Positions 33,321 to 43,415 are shown, numbered from the stretch's first letter. The stretch: DNA of 64,000 nucleotides from Nannocystis bainbridge (GCF_028368995.1 NZ_JAQNDL010000001.1:384001-448000); one strand, 5' to 3'. The notes: generated by a model from the letters alone, not told the origin. Translations and numbers: made by a program.

Positions 33321-34025
33321 TCAGGTGGCCGGCGCGCCCGGGGCGCGCAGCTCGAGGTTCGAGAGGTGGAGCAGCAGCTTGTACTTCTGGCCGTCGACGC
33401 GGCCCTCGAGGAAGCCGCGGTACGGCGTGCCGTTCTCCTGGAAGATCAGCGGATCGCGGCCCTTGCCGCCGGCGCCGAGCAGCGCCATCTCGCCCTTGTC
33501 GTGCAGCTCCTTCGCCATCTTGAACAGGAAGTCGAACGACAGGCCGTCGACGTGCTTGATCTGGATGGTGCGGCGGAACGCGAACTTGGTGACCACCTCG
33601 GCCTTGGGCAGCCGCCGCGGGGTGAACCGCACCGGCGACTCCTTCTCGTTGGTGTTGGCCGGGATGTCGGCCGCCGGCTTGCGCTCGCGCTCGGCCCCGT
33701 CGGGCCCGAACAGCACGTCGACCAGCCTCGGCGAGGCGTGCAGCACCTCGCCCTTGCTCGACAGGAACACGGTCTGCGTGTCGCCGACGACCTTGCCGAC
33801 CTGCTCGATGTCGATCTCGGGGTCGCCGTCGATGAGCGCCTGCGCCAGGTCGCCCGGCAGCGCGCTGAGCTTGCCGAAAGTGCCGGCCTCGGTGGTCGCC
33901 AGGTAGCGGCGGAACTCGAGCTTCTTGCCGGGCACGCCGGACACCGGCCCGACCTTCTCCTTGACCGACTCGAGCGCGAGCGTGGCGTCGCGCTTCTCCT
34001 CGTTCATCAGCTGGATCTTGCGCAT
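33321..34025 (-). CDS. Uncharacterised protein, possible divergent Ku-like protein B
   Basis: GGAG RBS, strong GC3; C-terminal half (F..L...AKEL.DKG.MAL...RGFLE.R.DG...LLLHL) resembles the Ku core by eye. Confidence 0.6.
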   Translation of the reverse strand: MRKIQLMNEEKRDATLALESVKEKVGPVSGVPGKKLEFRRYLATTEAGTFGKLSALPGDLAQALIDGDPEIDIEQVGKVVGDTQTVFLSSKGEVLHASPRLVDVLFGPDGAERERKPAADIPANTNEKESPVRFTPRRLPKAEVVTKFAFRRTIQIKHVDGLSFDFLFKMAKELHDKGEMALLGAGGKGRDPLIFQENGTPYRGFLEGRVDGQKYKLLLHLSNLELRAPGAPAT

Positions 34026-34047
34026 GGCTGTCTCCCTGACCTGTCCC

Positions 34048-34650
34048 TCAGAACATCTCGAAGTCGAGCTCGTCACCGTCGTCGTCGCCGCCCGGATCGT
34101 CGGCCACGGTGGTCTGCAGCTCGCACCACTCGCTCACCGCCGGCGAGCCCACCAGCGCGAAGTAGGCCCCGCCGTTGCACACGAGGTAGGCCAGCTCGGT
34201 GTCGTAGCCGCCGCGGTAGCTGAACACGAAGCGGAACACCTTGCCGCCGCGCAGCTCACCCTCGAGCTTGGGGTCGAGCCCGTTCGGGTCGAGCGTGTAG
34301 ACCGAGCGCACCGCGAGGTCGAGCAGCTCGCCCGGATCGATCGGGCCCTCGAGCTTCTGCGCCTCGCCGAGCGTGCTCGGGATGTGCGGCAGCGGCTTGC
34401 CGTCGCCGTCGAGGCCGACCAGCTTGCCGTTCGGGATCCACGCGTTGCCCTCGTCGAAGTAGCCCTGCGCGGTCATGCCCGAGCGGATCAGCAGCGTGCC
34501 GTCGCGCGACAGCTCGGCCCGCTCGCAGCGCTGCTCGTGAGGGTCGAGGATCTGGCGCTGACGCTTGCCGTACAGCTTGGCGCGGTCGAGCTTCTCGTGA
34601 TCGAAGGTCGACTGCACGCCGCCCCAGTTGACGATGATCGGTTTCGCCAT
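34048..34650 (-). CDS. Uncharacterised protein, possible divergent Ku-like protein A with acidic tail
   Basis: KLYG.R.R, QGY, IDP...Y.L.P, L..GKV..F..R...A.L pattern like the Ku beta-barrel; ends DDDGDELDFEMF. Confidence 0.62.
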   Translation of the reverse strand: MAKPIIVNWGGVQSTFDHEKLDRAKLYGKRQRQILDPHEQRCERAELSRDGTLLIRSGMTAQGYFDEGNAWIPNGKLVGLDGDGKPLPHIPSTLGEAQKLEGPIDPGELLDLAVRSVYTLDPNGLDPKLEGELRGGKVFRFVFSYRGGYDTELAYLVCNGGAYFALVGSPAVSEWCELQTTVADDPGGDDDGDELDFEMF

Positions 34651-35074
34651 AAGTGCGAGGGCCCAAGCGGCCGCCAAGCCTTATCCGACCGGCCGCGCAG
34701 CCCTGTCAAGCCGAGCGTTCTGCCAGCGCGAACTCGCGCTGCGCACTACTGCCCATCGACATCGCGACAGCGGCCCGCTGCACCGCGGATCCGCATCCTT
34801 GTACGCGCAATCGAGCGAGACCCTGCCAGCGCCGTCACGTTCTGATCTCGAGCAGATCATGAACCGGCCGCGCCGATCTCCTTCGAGCCCCCGGTCGGTC
34901 GACCGCGAAGGCTCCACGGACTCGTCAGCTCGAGCGTGCAATCACCTGTCCCGAGGGACAGCACGACCCTCGGCTCGGATGCCGTCGAAGCCTCGCGAAC
35001 CTTCGACCGTGAGCAGAGCGACCGCGCCCTGGTCGGGGCCCGCGATCGCGCGTAGGGTCGCCGGCAAGAACCTT

Positions 35075-35713
35075 ATGCGTCGATCCCTTCATGCATACCT
35101 GTCCGTGACTCTGACGCTGTTCGCCTGCGGCCCCGCCAAGCAGAGCGACAGCGACACCACCACCGGCCCCACGAGCACCTCCACGACCTCGTCGTCCGGC
35201 ACCGCGAGCACCACCTCCTCCTCCTCGACGTCGCCCACCACGACCGGCGAACCGCTCACCACTTCCTCCTCCGGGACCTCCGACACCGAGGCAGCGACGG
35301 ACAGCGGCACCCCCTCGAGCTCCGAGCCCACCGGCACCGAGGTCACGAGCACCACCGGAGCGCCGGCGGGTGATTGCAGCGATCAAACGAACCTGGATGA
35401 CTGCCACGCCATCCCCGGCCCGGGCGGCCACTCGGACTGCGTGTGGGTCGAGACCGTCGCGCAGTGGAGCCCGGACACCGGCTGCGAAGTCGTCGCCGGG
35501 CCGGCGCACTGCGTCCAGGGCTTCTACGTCGGCGATGGCTGCTTCGGCAGCGGCTGCCCCGATCTCGAGCGCGTGTACGTCCGCGATCAAGGCGACGGCA
35601 ACTTCGACGTCGTGAACCACCCCGGCGGCTCCTGCGGCGTCGAGCCCGACGGCTGGGAGCAATGCAGCACCGAGTTCCCCGAGCTGCCAGAGGCTTGCGG
35701 CTGCGTCTGCTGA
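35075..35713 (+). CDS. Ser/Thr-rich, Cys-rich lipoprotein
   Basis: LFAC lipobox, S/T linker, Cys-rich C-terminal domain ending CGCVC. Confidence 0.78.
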   Translation: MRRSLHAYLSVTLTLFACGPAKQSDSDTTTGPTSTSTTSSSGTASTTSSSSTSPTTTGEPLTTSSSGTSDTEAATDSGTPSSSEPTGTEVTSTTGAPAGDCSDQTNLDDCHAIPGPGGHSDCVWVETVAQWSPDTGCEVVAGPAHCVQGFYVGDGCFGSGCPDLERVYVRDQGDGNFDVVNHPGGSCGVEPDGWEQCSTEFPELPEACGCVC

Positions 35714-35758
35714 CACTGCCCTGGCGCTCTCGAGGCTCTCTTGCGCTACGCTCGAACC

Positions 35759-36091
35759 ATGCCTGGCGACGCTCCCGACATCCACGTCATCCTCATGACC
35801 TGTCCTCCCGACCAGGCCGAGAAGATCCTCCTCGCGCTGCTCGAGCGGCGCCTCGTCGGCTGCGGCAACATCCTCCCGCAGGTCCGCTCGCGCTACTGGT
35901 GGGACGGCCAGATCTGCAGCGACGACGAGGCCCTCGTCGTCATGGAGACCACCCCCGATCGCCTCGACGCCCTCTACGCCGCGATCCCCGACGTTCACCC
36001 TTACTCCGTCCCCAAGGTCGTCGCGCTCCAGCCGAGCGCCTGCGGCGAGCCTTACCTGCAGTGGCTGCGCGCTGTCACGCGGCCGGGCTGA
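35759..36091 (+). CDS. cutA: Divalent-cation tolerance protein CutA
   Basis: LLERRLVGCGNI, S.YWWDG.I, HPYSVP, YLQWL. Confidence 0.92.
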   Translation: MPGDAPDIHVILMTCPPDQAEKILLALLERRLVGCGNILPQVRSRYWWDGQICSDDEALVVMETTPDRLDALYAAIPDVHPYSVPKVVALQPSACGEPYLQWLRAVTRPG

Positions 36092-36095
36092 AGCC

Positions 36096-36527
36096 ATGGT
36101 CGTGCTGTTCACCATCCTCGGCGTCCTCGCCGATCTGCTGATCCAGATGTTCACCCTGCTGGGGACCGGGGCCGTCGTCGCGAGCGTCGTCCGCGGCTTC
36201 TCGGCCGAGGATGGCGTGCTCCTCCTCCTGTTCCTCGCCGCCACCATCGGCGGCCACTGGATCCTCCTCCGGCGGATCCGCGCCGGACGGCGCACCGTCG
36301 CCACCGCGCGGGCCGGCAGCGAGGAGGTCGGCACGCGCACCGCCGGGCACTTCGTCACCGACGCGCTGCTCATCCTCTGCCTCGCGGCGATGCTCCGCAC
36401 CATGCAGGAGCCGCCCTGGGAGACTGCCGAGCGCGCCGGAACGATCGCCATGCTCGTCGCCTGCATCGTGCTCTGCGGCCTGCGCGTCGCCTTCGTGCGT
36501 CGGGACCCGGATCCCGACCTGATGTGA
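36096..36527 (+). CDS. Membrane protein
   Basis: Four hydrophobic segments. Confidence 0.65.
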   Translation: MVVLFTILGVLADLLIQMFTLLGTGAVVASVVRGFSAEDGVLLLLFLAATIGGHWILLRRIRAGRRTVATARAGSEEVGTRTAGHFVTDALLILCLAAMLRTMQEPPWETAERAGTIAMLVACIVLCGLRVAFVRRDPDPDLM

Positions 36528-36723
36528 GGAGGCAGCAGTTCCAGAGCTTGAGGCCGTTGCTCGCCAGCATTCGGCGCGCGCAGGCAACGAGCCAGCGATC
36601 CACTCATCGCGGGGTCGCCGTTCCGACCCGGCCTTTCGTGTCGCTGCGATGCGACGCGCCGGAGCGCTGACGGTCCGCAGCGCCCGGTCGCTCGCGTGCG
36701 AGGCCGCTACGAGCCCGCCGCTC

Positions 36724-39168
36724 TCACCTGCCCGCGCGCGCCAACTTGCGCGCGCAGGCTACCAGCGCCAGGTAGCAGCCTGCCCCGATCGCCATCGTCG
36801 TCGAGATGCCCCACGTCATGGATGTCCCGAGGGCCAGGCCGCTCGCGCACACTCCGAACGCCCCGTTGATGCCCCACAGCCACGGCGTCACCGCGTGACC
36901 GCCTGCCCTTTCGACCAGGCGCAGCCCCAGCGGGAAGCAGATGCCCATCCCCACCGCGGGCGGCGCGATGAGGGCGATCGACAGCAGCACGCGGATCGTC
37001 GTCTCGGCGCCGGCGAAGTTCTCCGTCACCGGGCCGGTCGCCAGCCGGGCCGCCACCACCATCAGCGCCGGGATCAGCGGGAACAGCCACGCCACGGCCC
37101 CTCCGCGCTCGACCGCCAGCTTGCCGCTGAGCAGGCTACCGATGCCCGCCGACAGGATGATGCCGCCGAGCACCACCGCCAGCGACAGCGTCGGGTGGCC
37201 GACGAACACCCCCACCTGGGACAGCAGCGCGATCTCGACGAACATGAAGCCGAGGCCGATCAGCGCGAAGTAGGCCAGCGCCGCCGCCAGCGTCGCCGGG
37301 GCCAGCCCCGTCGTCGGCTCGCTCGCTCGGCTCACCTCGGTCTGCGCCGGCCGGGCCACCAGCGGCCCGAGCAGCGCCGCCAGCGTCAGCAGCAGGCTCA
37401 CCAGCGTCGCGTACACCAGCGTCTGCGTCGCCTGCAGGTTGCCGAGGAACCCGAGATCGAGCTCGCTGAGCTCCTCCTGGCCTTCGAGCCAGGTGCCCGG
37501 CTTCAGCATGTTGAAGAAGAACGGCCGGTCGTCGGTCGGCGGCGTCAGGTCGAGCGTCTGGCGCTCGGCCCACTGCCACAGCGTCGCCCGGTCTTCGATC
37601 GCCCCCAGCTCCGCCAGCAGCGGCTGGGCTGGCAGGCGACGCGGCGTCAGCACCATGTTGACGCCGATCCGGACCGCCTCGCGCTGCATCAGGTCGAGGT
37701 CGTCCGCGGTGAACGGCGTCGGCGAGACCAGCAGCGTCGCCACGCTCTCGACCTGCAGCAGCAGCAGGTGCGCGCGCGGCTTCTCGACCCCGAGCTGCCA
37801 CAGCGCCTCCATCGCCAGCGCCACCATGCGCGCCGTCTCGCCGGGCGACTCCTTCTTGTACCAGCGCGACACCGTGAACACCCCCGTGGGTGCCAGGCGG
37901 CGCAGGAACACCAGCCAGCCCTCGACCGTGTACAGCCCGTTCTCCGACAGGCTGTACGCGCCGGCGCCGGTCGAGGCCCACGTGTCGATCAGCGACATCG
38001 TGATCACCTCGTACTGCCGGTCGTCGCGCGAGAAGAAGCTGCGCGCCTCGTCGGTGTGCAGCTCGACGCCCGGGCGCGCCGCGATGGTCGAGAAGTCCGC
38101 CATCGACCGCCGGTGCAGGTCGACGATCGCCGCGTTGAGCTCGACCCCGACCACCGGCGCGTGGCCGCTGCGCAGCGCCGCCAGCACGTCGCGACCGCCG
38201 CCGACCCCGATCACCGCCGCTGGCCCGTGCGGGCGCAGGCGGTGGGCGAACGTGCTGAGGTCCCAGTCGAGGTACGCGTGATCCGAACCTGCCCCTTCGG
38301 CCATCAGCGTCGCCGCCGCGCCGTCGATCTTCAGCACTCGCTGCTGGATCGGCGCCCGCGCCTCGAGCGGCATGTTGCGCCCCGGCGCCCACAGGTACGG
38401 CGGCAGCGCGATCTGGGTCCCGACCGTCACCCGCGAGTGCGTGTTCCAGGCCACGTGCATGAACTCGCGCGGGTCCTCGCGCACCCCCTTGACCCACGCC
38501 GGGCGCAGCGGCGGCGCCTCGGCGGCCGCGTTGAAGCCGGCGAACCCCAGCAGCGCCAGCGTCAGCGCGCCACATGTCCCGAGGGACCTGCGCTTTTCGC
38601 CAGGGTCTTCGTCACATGTCGCAAAGGCCAGGGCGCCGAGCGCCGCGATCGCCCCGACCACCAGCACCGCGCTGGCGGCGTCGACCACGTCGAGCAGCGG
38701 GATCACCAGCCCGCAGCCGGCCGCCGCGCCGAGCAGGTCGCAGCCGTAGGCGCGGCCCGGAGGCAGCCCGGCGCGCGTCAGCGCCAGCGTCAGCGCCACC
38801 CCGGCGGCCGCGAACGGGACCGCCAGGGCCGCGCCGAAGCCGAGCAGGGCGAAGAAGCCCATCAGGTCGATGACCGGCAGCAGCGGCCCCGACATCGTCC
38901 ACGCGACCGCCAGCGGGGCCAGCGCGGCGAACAGCGCCGAGCTGCGGGCCAGCCGGCGCATCACCGTCGCCTGGGTGAACCGGGCCGGGCGCATGAACAC
39001 GTAGATCGAGCCCGCGGTCATGCCGAGCATCGCCAGCGCGATGACGAAGAACGACAGGTGGTACCACGCGATCACGCTGGTGATGCGGGTCAGCAAGATC
39101 TCGAGCGCGAGCGTCGAGCCCGCGACCAGGGCGATCCCGGCGTAGAGGAAGAACGAGCGCATCGGCAT
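36724..39168 (-). CDS. Membrane-embedded spermidine-synthase-like SAM-binding protein
   Basis: TGATG overlap with the acylase stop; TM blocks flanking IGVGGGRD/GVELN; SENGLYTVE, TDDRPFF, WGING. Confidence 0.85.
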   Translation of the reverse strand: MPMRSFFLYAGIALVAGSTLALEILLTRITSVIAWYHLSFFVIALAMLGMTAGSIYVFMRPARFTQATVMRRLARSSALFAALAPLAVAWTMSGPLLPVIDLMGFFALLGFGAALAVPFAAAGVALTLALTRAGLPPGRAYGCDLLGAAAGCGLVIPLLDVVDAASAVLVVGAIAALGALAFATCDEDPGEKRRSLGTCGALTLALLGFAGFNAAAEAPPLRPAWVKGVREDPREFMHVAWNTHSRVTVGTQIALPPYLWAPGRNMPLEARAPIQQRVLKIDGAAATLMAEGAGSDHAYLDWDLSTFAHRLRPHGPAAVIGVGGGRDVLAALRSGHAPVVGVELNAAIVDLHRRSMADFSTIAARPGVELHTDEARSFFSRDDRQYEVITMSLIDTWASTGAGAYSLSENGLYTVEGWLVFLRRLAPTGVFTVSRWYKKESPGETARMVALAMEALWQLGVEKPRAHLLLLQVESVATLLVSPTPFTADDLDLMQREAVRIGVNMVLTPRRLPAQPLLAELGAIEDRATLWQWAERQTLDLTPPTDDRPFFFNMLKPGTWLEGQEELSELDLGFLGNLQATQTLVYATLVSLLLTLAALLGPLVARPAQTEVSRASEPTTGLAPATLAAALAYFALIGLGFMFVEIALLSQVGVFVGHPTLSLAVVLGGIILSAGIGSLLSGKLAVERGGAVAWLFPLIPALMVVAARLATGPVTENFAGAETTIRVLLSIALIAPPAVGMGICFPLGLRLVERAGGHAVTPWLWGINGAFGVCASGLALGTSMTWGISTTMAIGAGCYLALVACARKLARAGR

Positions 39169-41621
39169 CACCTGCCCTCGACCACGGTCTCGTGCAGGTT
39201 GGGGTCGGCGGCGATGTCGGCCTCGCGGAACAGCAGCGGTCGCCATTGCTTCTGCGAGAACAGCTCGGTCTGGTCGCGGAAGTGGGGCGAGCGCGGGTCC
39301 TCCGACTGCGAGTACGTCAAGAACGCCTCGCCGCGCGGCCCGTCGGGCAGCATCTCGACCGCCATCACGAACGACGAGCCGTAGTTGATCACGTAGCCGC
39401 GCTCCGTAAGGCCGGCGGTGCCGTCGATCGCCGGCGGGCGCCCGACCTTCGGCAGCAGCGTCGAGTTGAGGCCGCCGTTGTAGCCGACCACGTTGGCGAT
39501 GCCCTCCTTGGCGAACCCGCCGTGGACCCCGATCTCGACGCTGCCGCGCGGCGCTCGCTGCAGCTGCTTGAGCGGGGCCGACAGCGGCACCCCGGCGGTC
39601 CGCAGGTTGACCACCGCCTCGCCGAGCGCCACCAGGGCCCCGTCGACCTGGCCCGCGGCCGGGGCGATCAGCGTGTGCGGGGTGTGGACCGGGTCGTCGA
39701 CGTCGAACGGCACGTTGAACAGCGAGCCGCGGTCGAGCACCGAGTCGGGGCCATAGGCCGCCAGGTACTCGCGGAACAGCACCGCGCCGACGCTGTCGGG
39801 GTCGAAGCGGCGGTCCCACGCGCCGAGCAGCTGGCAGATCGTGCGCAGGTCGACGACGCTGCCGGCGACCTCGATCACGTGTTGCGCGTCGCAGCGGGCC
39901 AGCAAGGCGTCCAGCACCAGCTCCGCGGTCAGCGAGTGGTTGCCCTGGATCGCCGCCTGGATCTCCGCCAGCGAGAACGTGCCGTCCTCGCCGGCCGCCA
40001 CGAACGGCGCCTCGTTCTGCAGCAGCATCGCGTTGACGCGCGTGCGCGGCGACTGCGGCGCGCGCTCCGCCCCGTGCAGCGGCGAGAAGCCCTCGAGCGG
40101 CGCCGCCGGGTTGGCCAGCCAGTACGAGTCGTTGGCGTTGAGCACGAAGTCGCGGCGGCCCAGCTGCGGCATCGCCGAGAACGGCACCAGCCCCGGCGCG
40201 CGCGCGTCCCCGCTGTCCTGCCACTCGTAGCTGGAGTCGCTGCCGTCGAGCACCACCAGGCCGCCCTGCTGGTACAGCAGCCCGGTGAGGAAATCGCTCT
40301 CGATCGCCGCCTGCCAGCCGGCGATCGCCGCCTCGGTGATCTGCCCGGTCGCCGAGGCGTCGGCGTACCACGCGTCGCCGTGCTTGTCGGCCGCCATCGT
40401 GTTGACCCACGGGATGCCCTGCACCGTCTTGAACACCTGCTTGAACCCGTCGAGGCTGGTCGCGCGGTCCATGCCGAGGAACTGCTCGATGAGCCGCGGG
40501 TTGTCGATGTTGGCGTCGCGGTAGGTCAGCGCGAGGTCGCCGGACCAGCCGATCGGGTCGACGTTGAGCATCGGCCCGTAATGGCTGTACCACATCGTGC
40601 GCGACACCTTGCCCTCGCCTGCGACCTCGGCCTCGAAGGTCTTGGCGGTCATCGGCCGCGAGGCACCGTCGTACAGGTAGGCCGTCGGATCGTCCGGGTC
40701 GAGCGTCAACTTGTAGAACGTGAAGCGCGTGCCCGACGAGAACGTGTGCGTCCACGCGACCTCGTCGTTGAAGCCGATCAGCACCCCGGGCACGCCCATC
40801 AGGCCGACGCCGTAGATGTTGAGCTGCCCCGGCACCGTCACGTGGCTCTCCCACAGCTTGAGCTCGCCGGTCCACGGGAAGTGCGGGTTGGCCACGACCA
40901 TGCCGCCGCCGCTGGTCGTCTTCTCGGCGCCGAGGGCCCAGCCGTTGCTGCCGAAGCCGCCGCTCGTCAGCGTGCCGAGGCCCGCGAGCGGCCCGCCCGG
41001 CAGCTGCAGCGGCGACCCCGGCGGCTGGGCCGTGCCGATGTAGCCCGCCAGCTGATTGCTGCTGCCGAGCAGCCCGAGGTCGACGTAATAACGGGCCAGG
41101 TCGAGCGCGTCGATCTCCTTGACCCACGGCGCCCCGGCGCAGTCGGCCGGCAGCTGCCCCGGCGGCGTATCGCGCAGGTACTGGTTGTAGCCGGCCGCGT
41201 AGCCCTCGATCGCCGTCTTGACCTCGGCAGGCGCCGCGTCCCACATCCGCTGCGCCCGCGGCCCGACCTCGAGCGCGAGGTAGGCGAAGTCGCTGGTCAG
41301 GAACGCGTCGCCGCTGCCGCGCCCGAAGTACTTGGCGCGCTCCGAGCGGACCTTGACGATCTGATCGGCCAGCGTGCACACGTGGTCCTGCGCGAACGCG
41401 TAGGCCTGGCCGAACAGCGCGCTGCCGAGATCGTCGGCCTGGATGTGGGCGATGCCGAAGCTGGTGCGCCGGATCGTCGCTCGATAGGCCGGCTCGCCGG
41501 AGGTCTCGCTCGTGCTCCCGTCACCTGTCGAGCTCGCTCCGTCCGTCTCAGTGTGGGGGGCGTCGGTCGAACCGCAGGCGAACAGCGGGGCGAGCGCGAG
41601 GACGGCGAACTTGCGCAACAT
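39168..41621 (-). CDS. Penicillin/AHL acylase (Ntn-hydrolase S45, PvdQ-like) lipoprotein
   Basis: LFAC lipobox, IRRTSFGIAHI, G|SNGWALG nucleophile, ANPHFPW, PWVNT, NANDSYW, TYSQS. Confidence 0.92.
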   Translation of the reverse strand: MLRKFAVLALAPLFACGSTDAPHTETDGASSTGDGSTSETSGEPAYRATIRRTSFGIAHIQADDLGSALFGQAYAFAQDHVCTLADQIVKVRSERAKYFGRGSGDAFLTSDFAYLALEVGPRAQRMWDAAPAEVKTAIEGYAAGYNQYLRDTPPGQLPADCAGAPWVKEIDALDLARYYVDLGLLGSSNQLAGYIGTAQPPGSPLQLPGGPLAGLGTLTSGGFGSNGWALGAEKTTSGGGMVVANPHFPWTGELKLWESHVTVPGQLNIYGVGLMGVPGVLIGFNDEVAWTHTFSSGTRFTFYKLTLDPDDPTAYLYDGASRPMTAKTFEAEVAGEGKVSRTMWYSHYGPMLNVDPIGWSGDLALTYRDANIDNPRLIEQFLGMDRATSLDGFKQVFKTVQGIPWVNTMAADKHGDAWYADASATGQITEAAIAGWQAAIESDFLTGLLYQQGGLVVLDGSDSSYEWQDSGDARAPGLVPFSAMPQLGRRDFVLNANDSYWLANPAAPLEGFSPLHGAERAPQSPRTRVNAMLLQNEAPFVAAGEDGTFSLAEIQAAIQGNHSLTAELVLDALLARCDAQHVIEVAGSVVDLRTICQLLGAWDRRFDPDSVGAVLFREYLAAYGPDSVLDRGSLFNVPFDVDDPVHTPHTLIAPAAGQVDGALVALGEAVVNLRTAGVPLSAPLKQLQRAPRGSVEIGVHGGFAKEGIANVVGYNGGLNSTLLPKVGRPPAIDGTAGLTERGYVINYGSSFVMAVEMLPDGPRGEAFLTYSQSEDPRSPHFRDQTELFSQKQWRPLLFREADIAADPNLHETVVEGR

Positions 41622-41888
41622 CGCCCGTCAGGCTAACGCGTCGCCACGCAGCGGCGCAAGCGCGCCGCCCTCGCCGGAGCGACTGCACGGCCCCTCCGCG
41701 AGCCCGCCCGACGCCGAAAGGCGCGAGGCGCCGGCGGACCCCGCGGGCGATTCCGGGCGGTTTGCCCGCGAGCGGCCGTGCGCGGCCCGTCGTGGCCGCG
41801 CCGATGGCCCGGTTCCTCACGGCGAGATCCAGGGCAGCCGCCGGGCTCCGACGGGGGTGATCCAACCCGCGGCCACGGTCGCCCGAAC

Positions 41889-42063
41889 CGGCCTGGCCAA
41901 TCGGACATGTTCTATCGAGCATGTCGTCAAAGACATTCGCGCGCCGGACCGTGAAGTCACATGCTCCACGGGACATGCCCTTCCGAACATGTCCCACCGA
42001 GCACTCCGCCGCCGCTCGCCTCCGCGCTCACCCTGCCCCATCGAGCATGTCCTCACGGACAGC
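41889..42063. repeat. Three blocks of 14-bp-period units (about 11 units)
   Basis: Cores at 41892-41934, 41960-42002 and 42032-42060. Confidence 0.88.
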
Positions 42064-42765
42064 TCACGCCTCGGCCGCCGCGAGCGCCGCCGCGAACAGC
42101 TCGGCCAGCGCGGGCTCGTCGGGCAGCTGCTGGGCCAGCGCGGTGCGGATGGCTTCCACGCGCCGGACCAGATGTGCGCGCGGGATGCCGCGGCGGCCCA
42201 GGAACCCCGCCAACCACCGGACATGGTCGGCCAGCACCGCCGGCGAGCCCAGGGCCAGCGCGTCGGCGCAGTACGACACCAGCGTGCCGAGCTCCACCAC
42301 CTGCAGCGGCTCGTCGTCGCCGGCGGCCGCCAGGGCCACCGCGGCGGCCAGGACCAAAGTATCGGCGCGGCGCTGGACCTCGCGCGCGAGCCCGTCCGGG
42401 TACGCCAGCGCGGCCGCCGCGGCGCTCAGCAGGTCGACCGCGGCCTGGCGGTCGGGCCACGGCTCGTCGGCGATCGCGGCCGCCAGACGCTCGAAGTTCT
42501 CGGCCAGGTGCAGCGTGCACATGCCGCGCGCGGTCAGCACTTGCTGCAACCAGCGGGCGTAGTTCTCGAGCACCGCCGGGTCGTCGCCGGCCAGCGCCTG
42601 CTGCAGGTACTGCACGTGGAAGCGACCGTCCTGGCGGCCGTGCCGGTCGGCCCGCTCGCCGAAGCGCTCGCGCCAGAACGGGTCGACGTACATCTCGCCG
42701 AGCACGCGCTCGGTCAGGCGGTCGCTCGCCTCCGCGAGCTGCGCGATCAGGGCCTCGTGGCTCAC
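42064..42765 (-). CDS. Tandem globin-like (phycobiliprotein-like) helical protein
   Basis: GTGA overlap; two repeats D..FHVQYLQQAL..DDP.VL.NY.RWL..L..RG and L.SY.ADAL..GSP.VL..H.RWL..L.RRG. Confidence 0.7.
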   Translation of the reverse strand: MSHEALIAQLAEASDRLTERVLGEMYVDPFWRERFGERADRHGRQDGRFHVQYLQQALAGDDPAVLENYARWLQQVLTARGMCTLHLAENFERLAAAIADEPWPDRQAAVDLLSAAAAALAYPDGLAREVQRRADTLVLAAAVALAAAGDDEPLQVVELGTLVSYCADALALGSPAVLADHVRWLAGFLGRRGIPRAHLVRRVEAIRTALAQQLPDEPALAELFAAALAAAEA

Positions 42766-43415
42766 GCCTCGACCCCCGCCAGCCGCCGCGCCGTCGTCAC
42801 CAGCTCGCCCGCGTCGTCGCCTGCCTGCACCACCCCGAGCTCGCCCGCGAGGCCTGGCGACCAGCGCGTCGCGTGTCCGCCGATGAACACCGGGCGATCG
42901 CTGATCTCGCGCACGCGCGCGACCGCGGCCCGCAGCGCCGGCAAGTTGAAGCTCATCGTCACTGACAGCCCGATCAGGTCCGGCTGCTCCTCGCGCACCA
43001 CCGCCACGAGCTCCTCGGTCGGCACGTTGGCGCCGAGGTAGCGCACTTCGAAGCCCGCGAGCTCGAGCACGTCGGCGACCAGGCGCGCCGGCAGCTCGTG
43101 CAGCTCGCCCTCGACGCACGCCAGCACCACGCGACGATCGAGCGGCGGCTGCGGCGTCGCGCGCTCGAACAGCGCCGCCAGCGACAGGTGCGAGATCGCC
43201 GTCGCCATGTGCTCCTGGGCGATGCTGACGCGGTTGAGCTGCCACAGCCGACCGATCTCGTCCTGCGCCGCGCGGATGACGTGCAACTGCAGCTCGTCGA
43301 CGTGGGCCCCGCCGCCGAGGCCGTCCTCGAGCAGCAGCCGCACCGCCTCGCGTCGATCGCCCGCGAGCTGGGCCCGCAGGTAGCTGTCGCGCAGCTGCGC
43401 CAGCACCGGGGTCAT
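42762..43415 (-). CDS. Stand-alone cobalamin-binding protein (CarH-type cap + Rossmann domain)
   Basis: W-x9-EH (WQLNRVSIAQEH), GELHEL, YLGANVP, GLS, IGG; no HTH. Confidence 0.9.
   Translation of the reverse strand: MTPVLAQLRDSYLRAQLAGDRREAVRLLLEDGLGGGAHVDELQLHVIRAAQDEIGRLWQLNRVSIAQEHMATAISHLSLAALFERATPQPPLDRRVVLACVEGELHELPARLVADVLELAGFEVRYLGANVPTEELVAVVREEQPDLIGLSVTMSFNLPALRAAVARVREISDRPVFIGGHATRWSPGLAGELGVVQAGDDAGELVTTARRLAGVEA

Noticed and set aside
36724-41379. 1551-aa ORF as one protein
   Set aside because: The first half is an off-frame shadow of the acylase; the real gene starts near 39168
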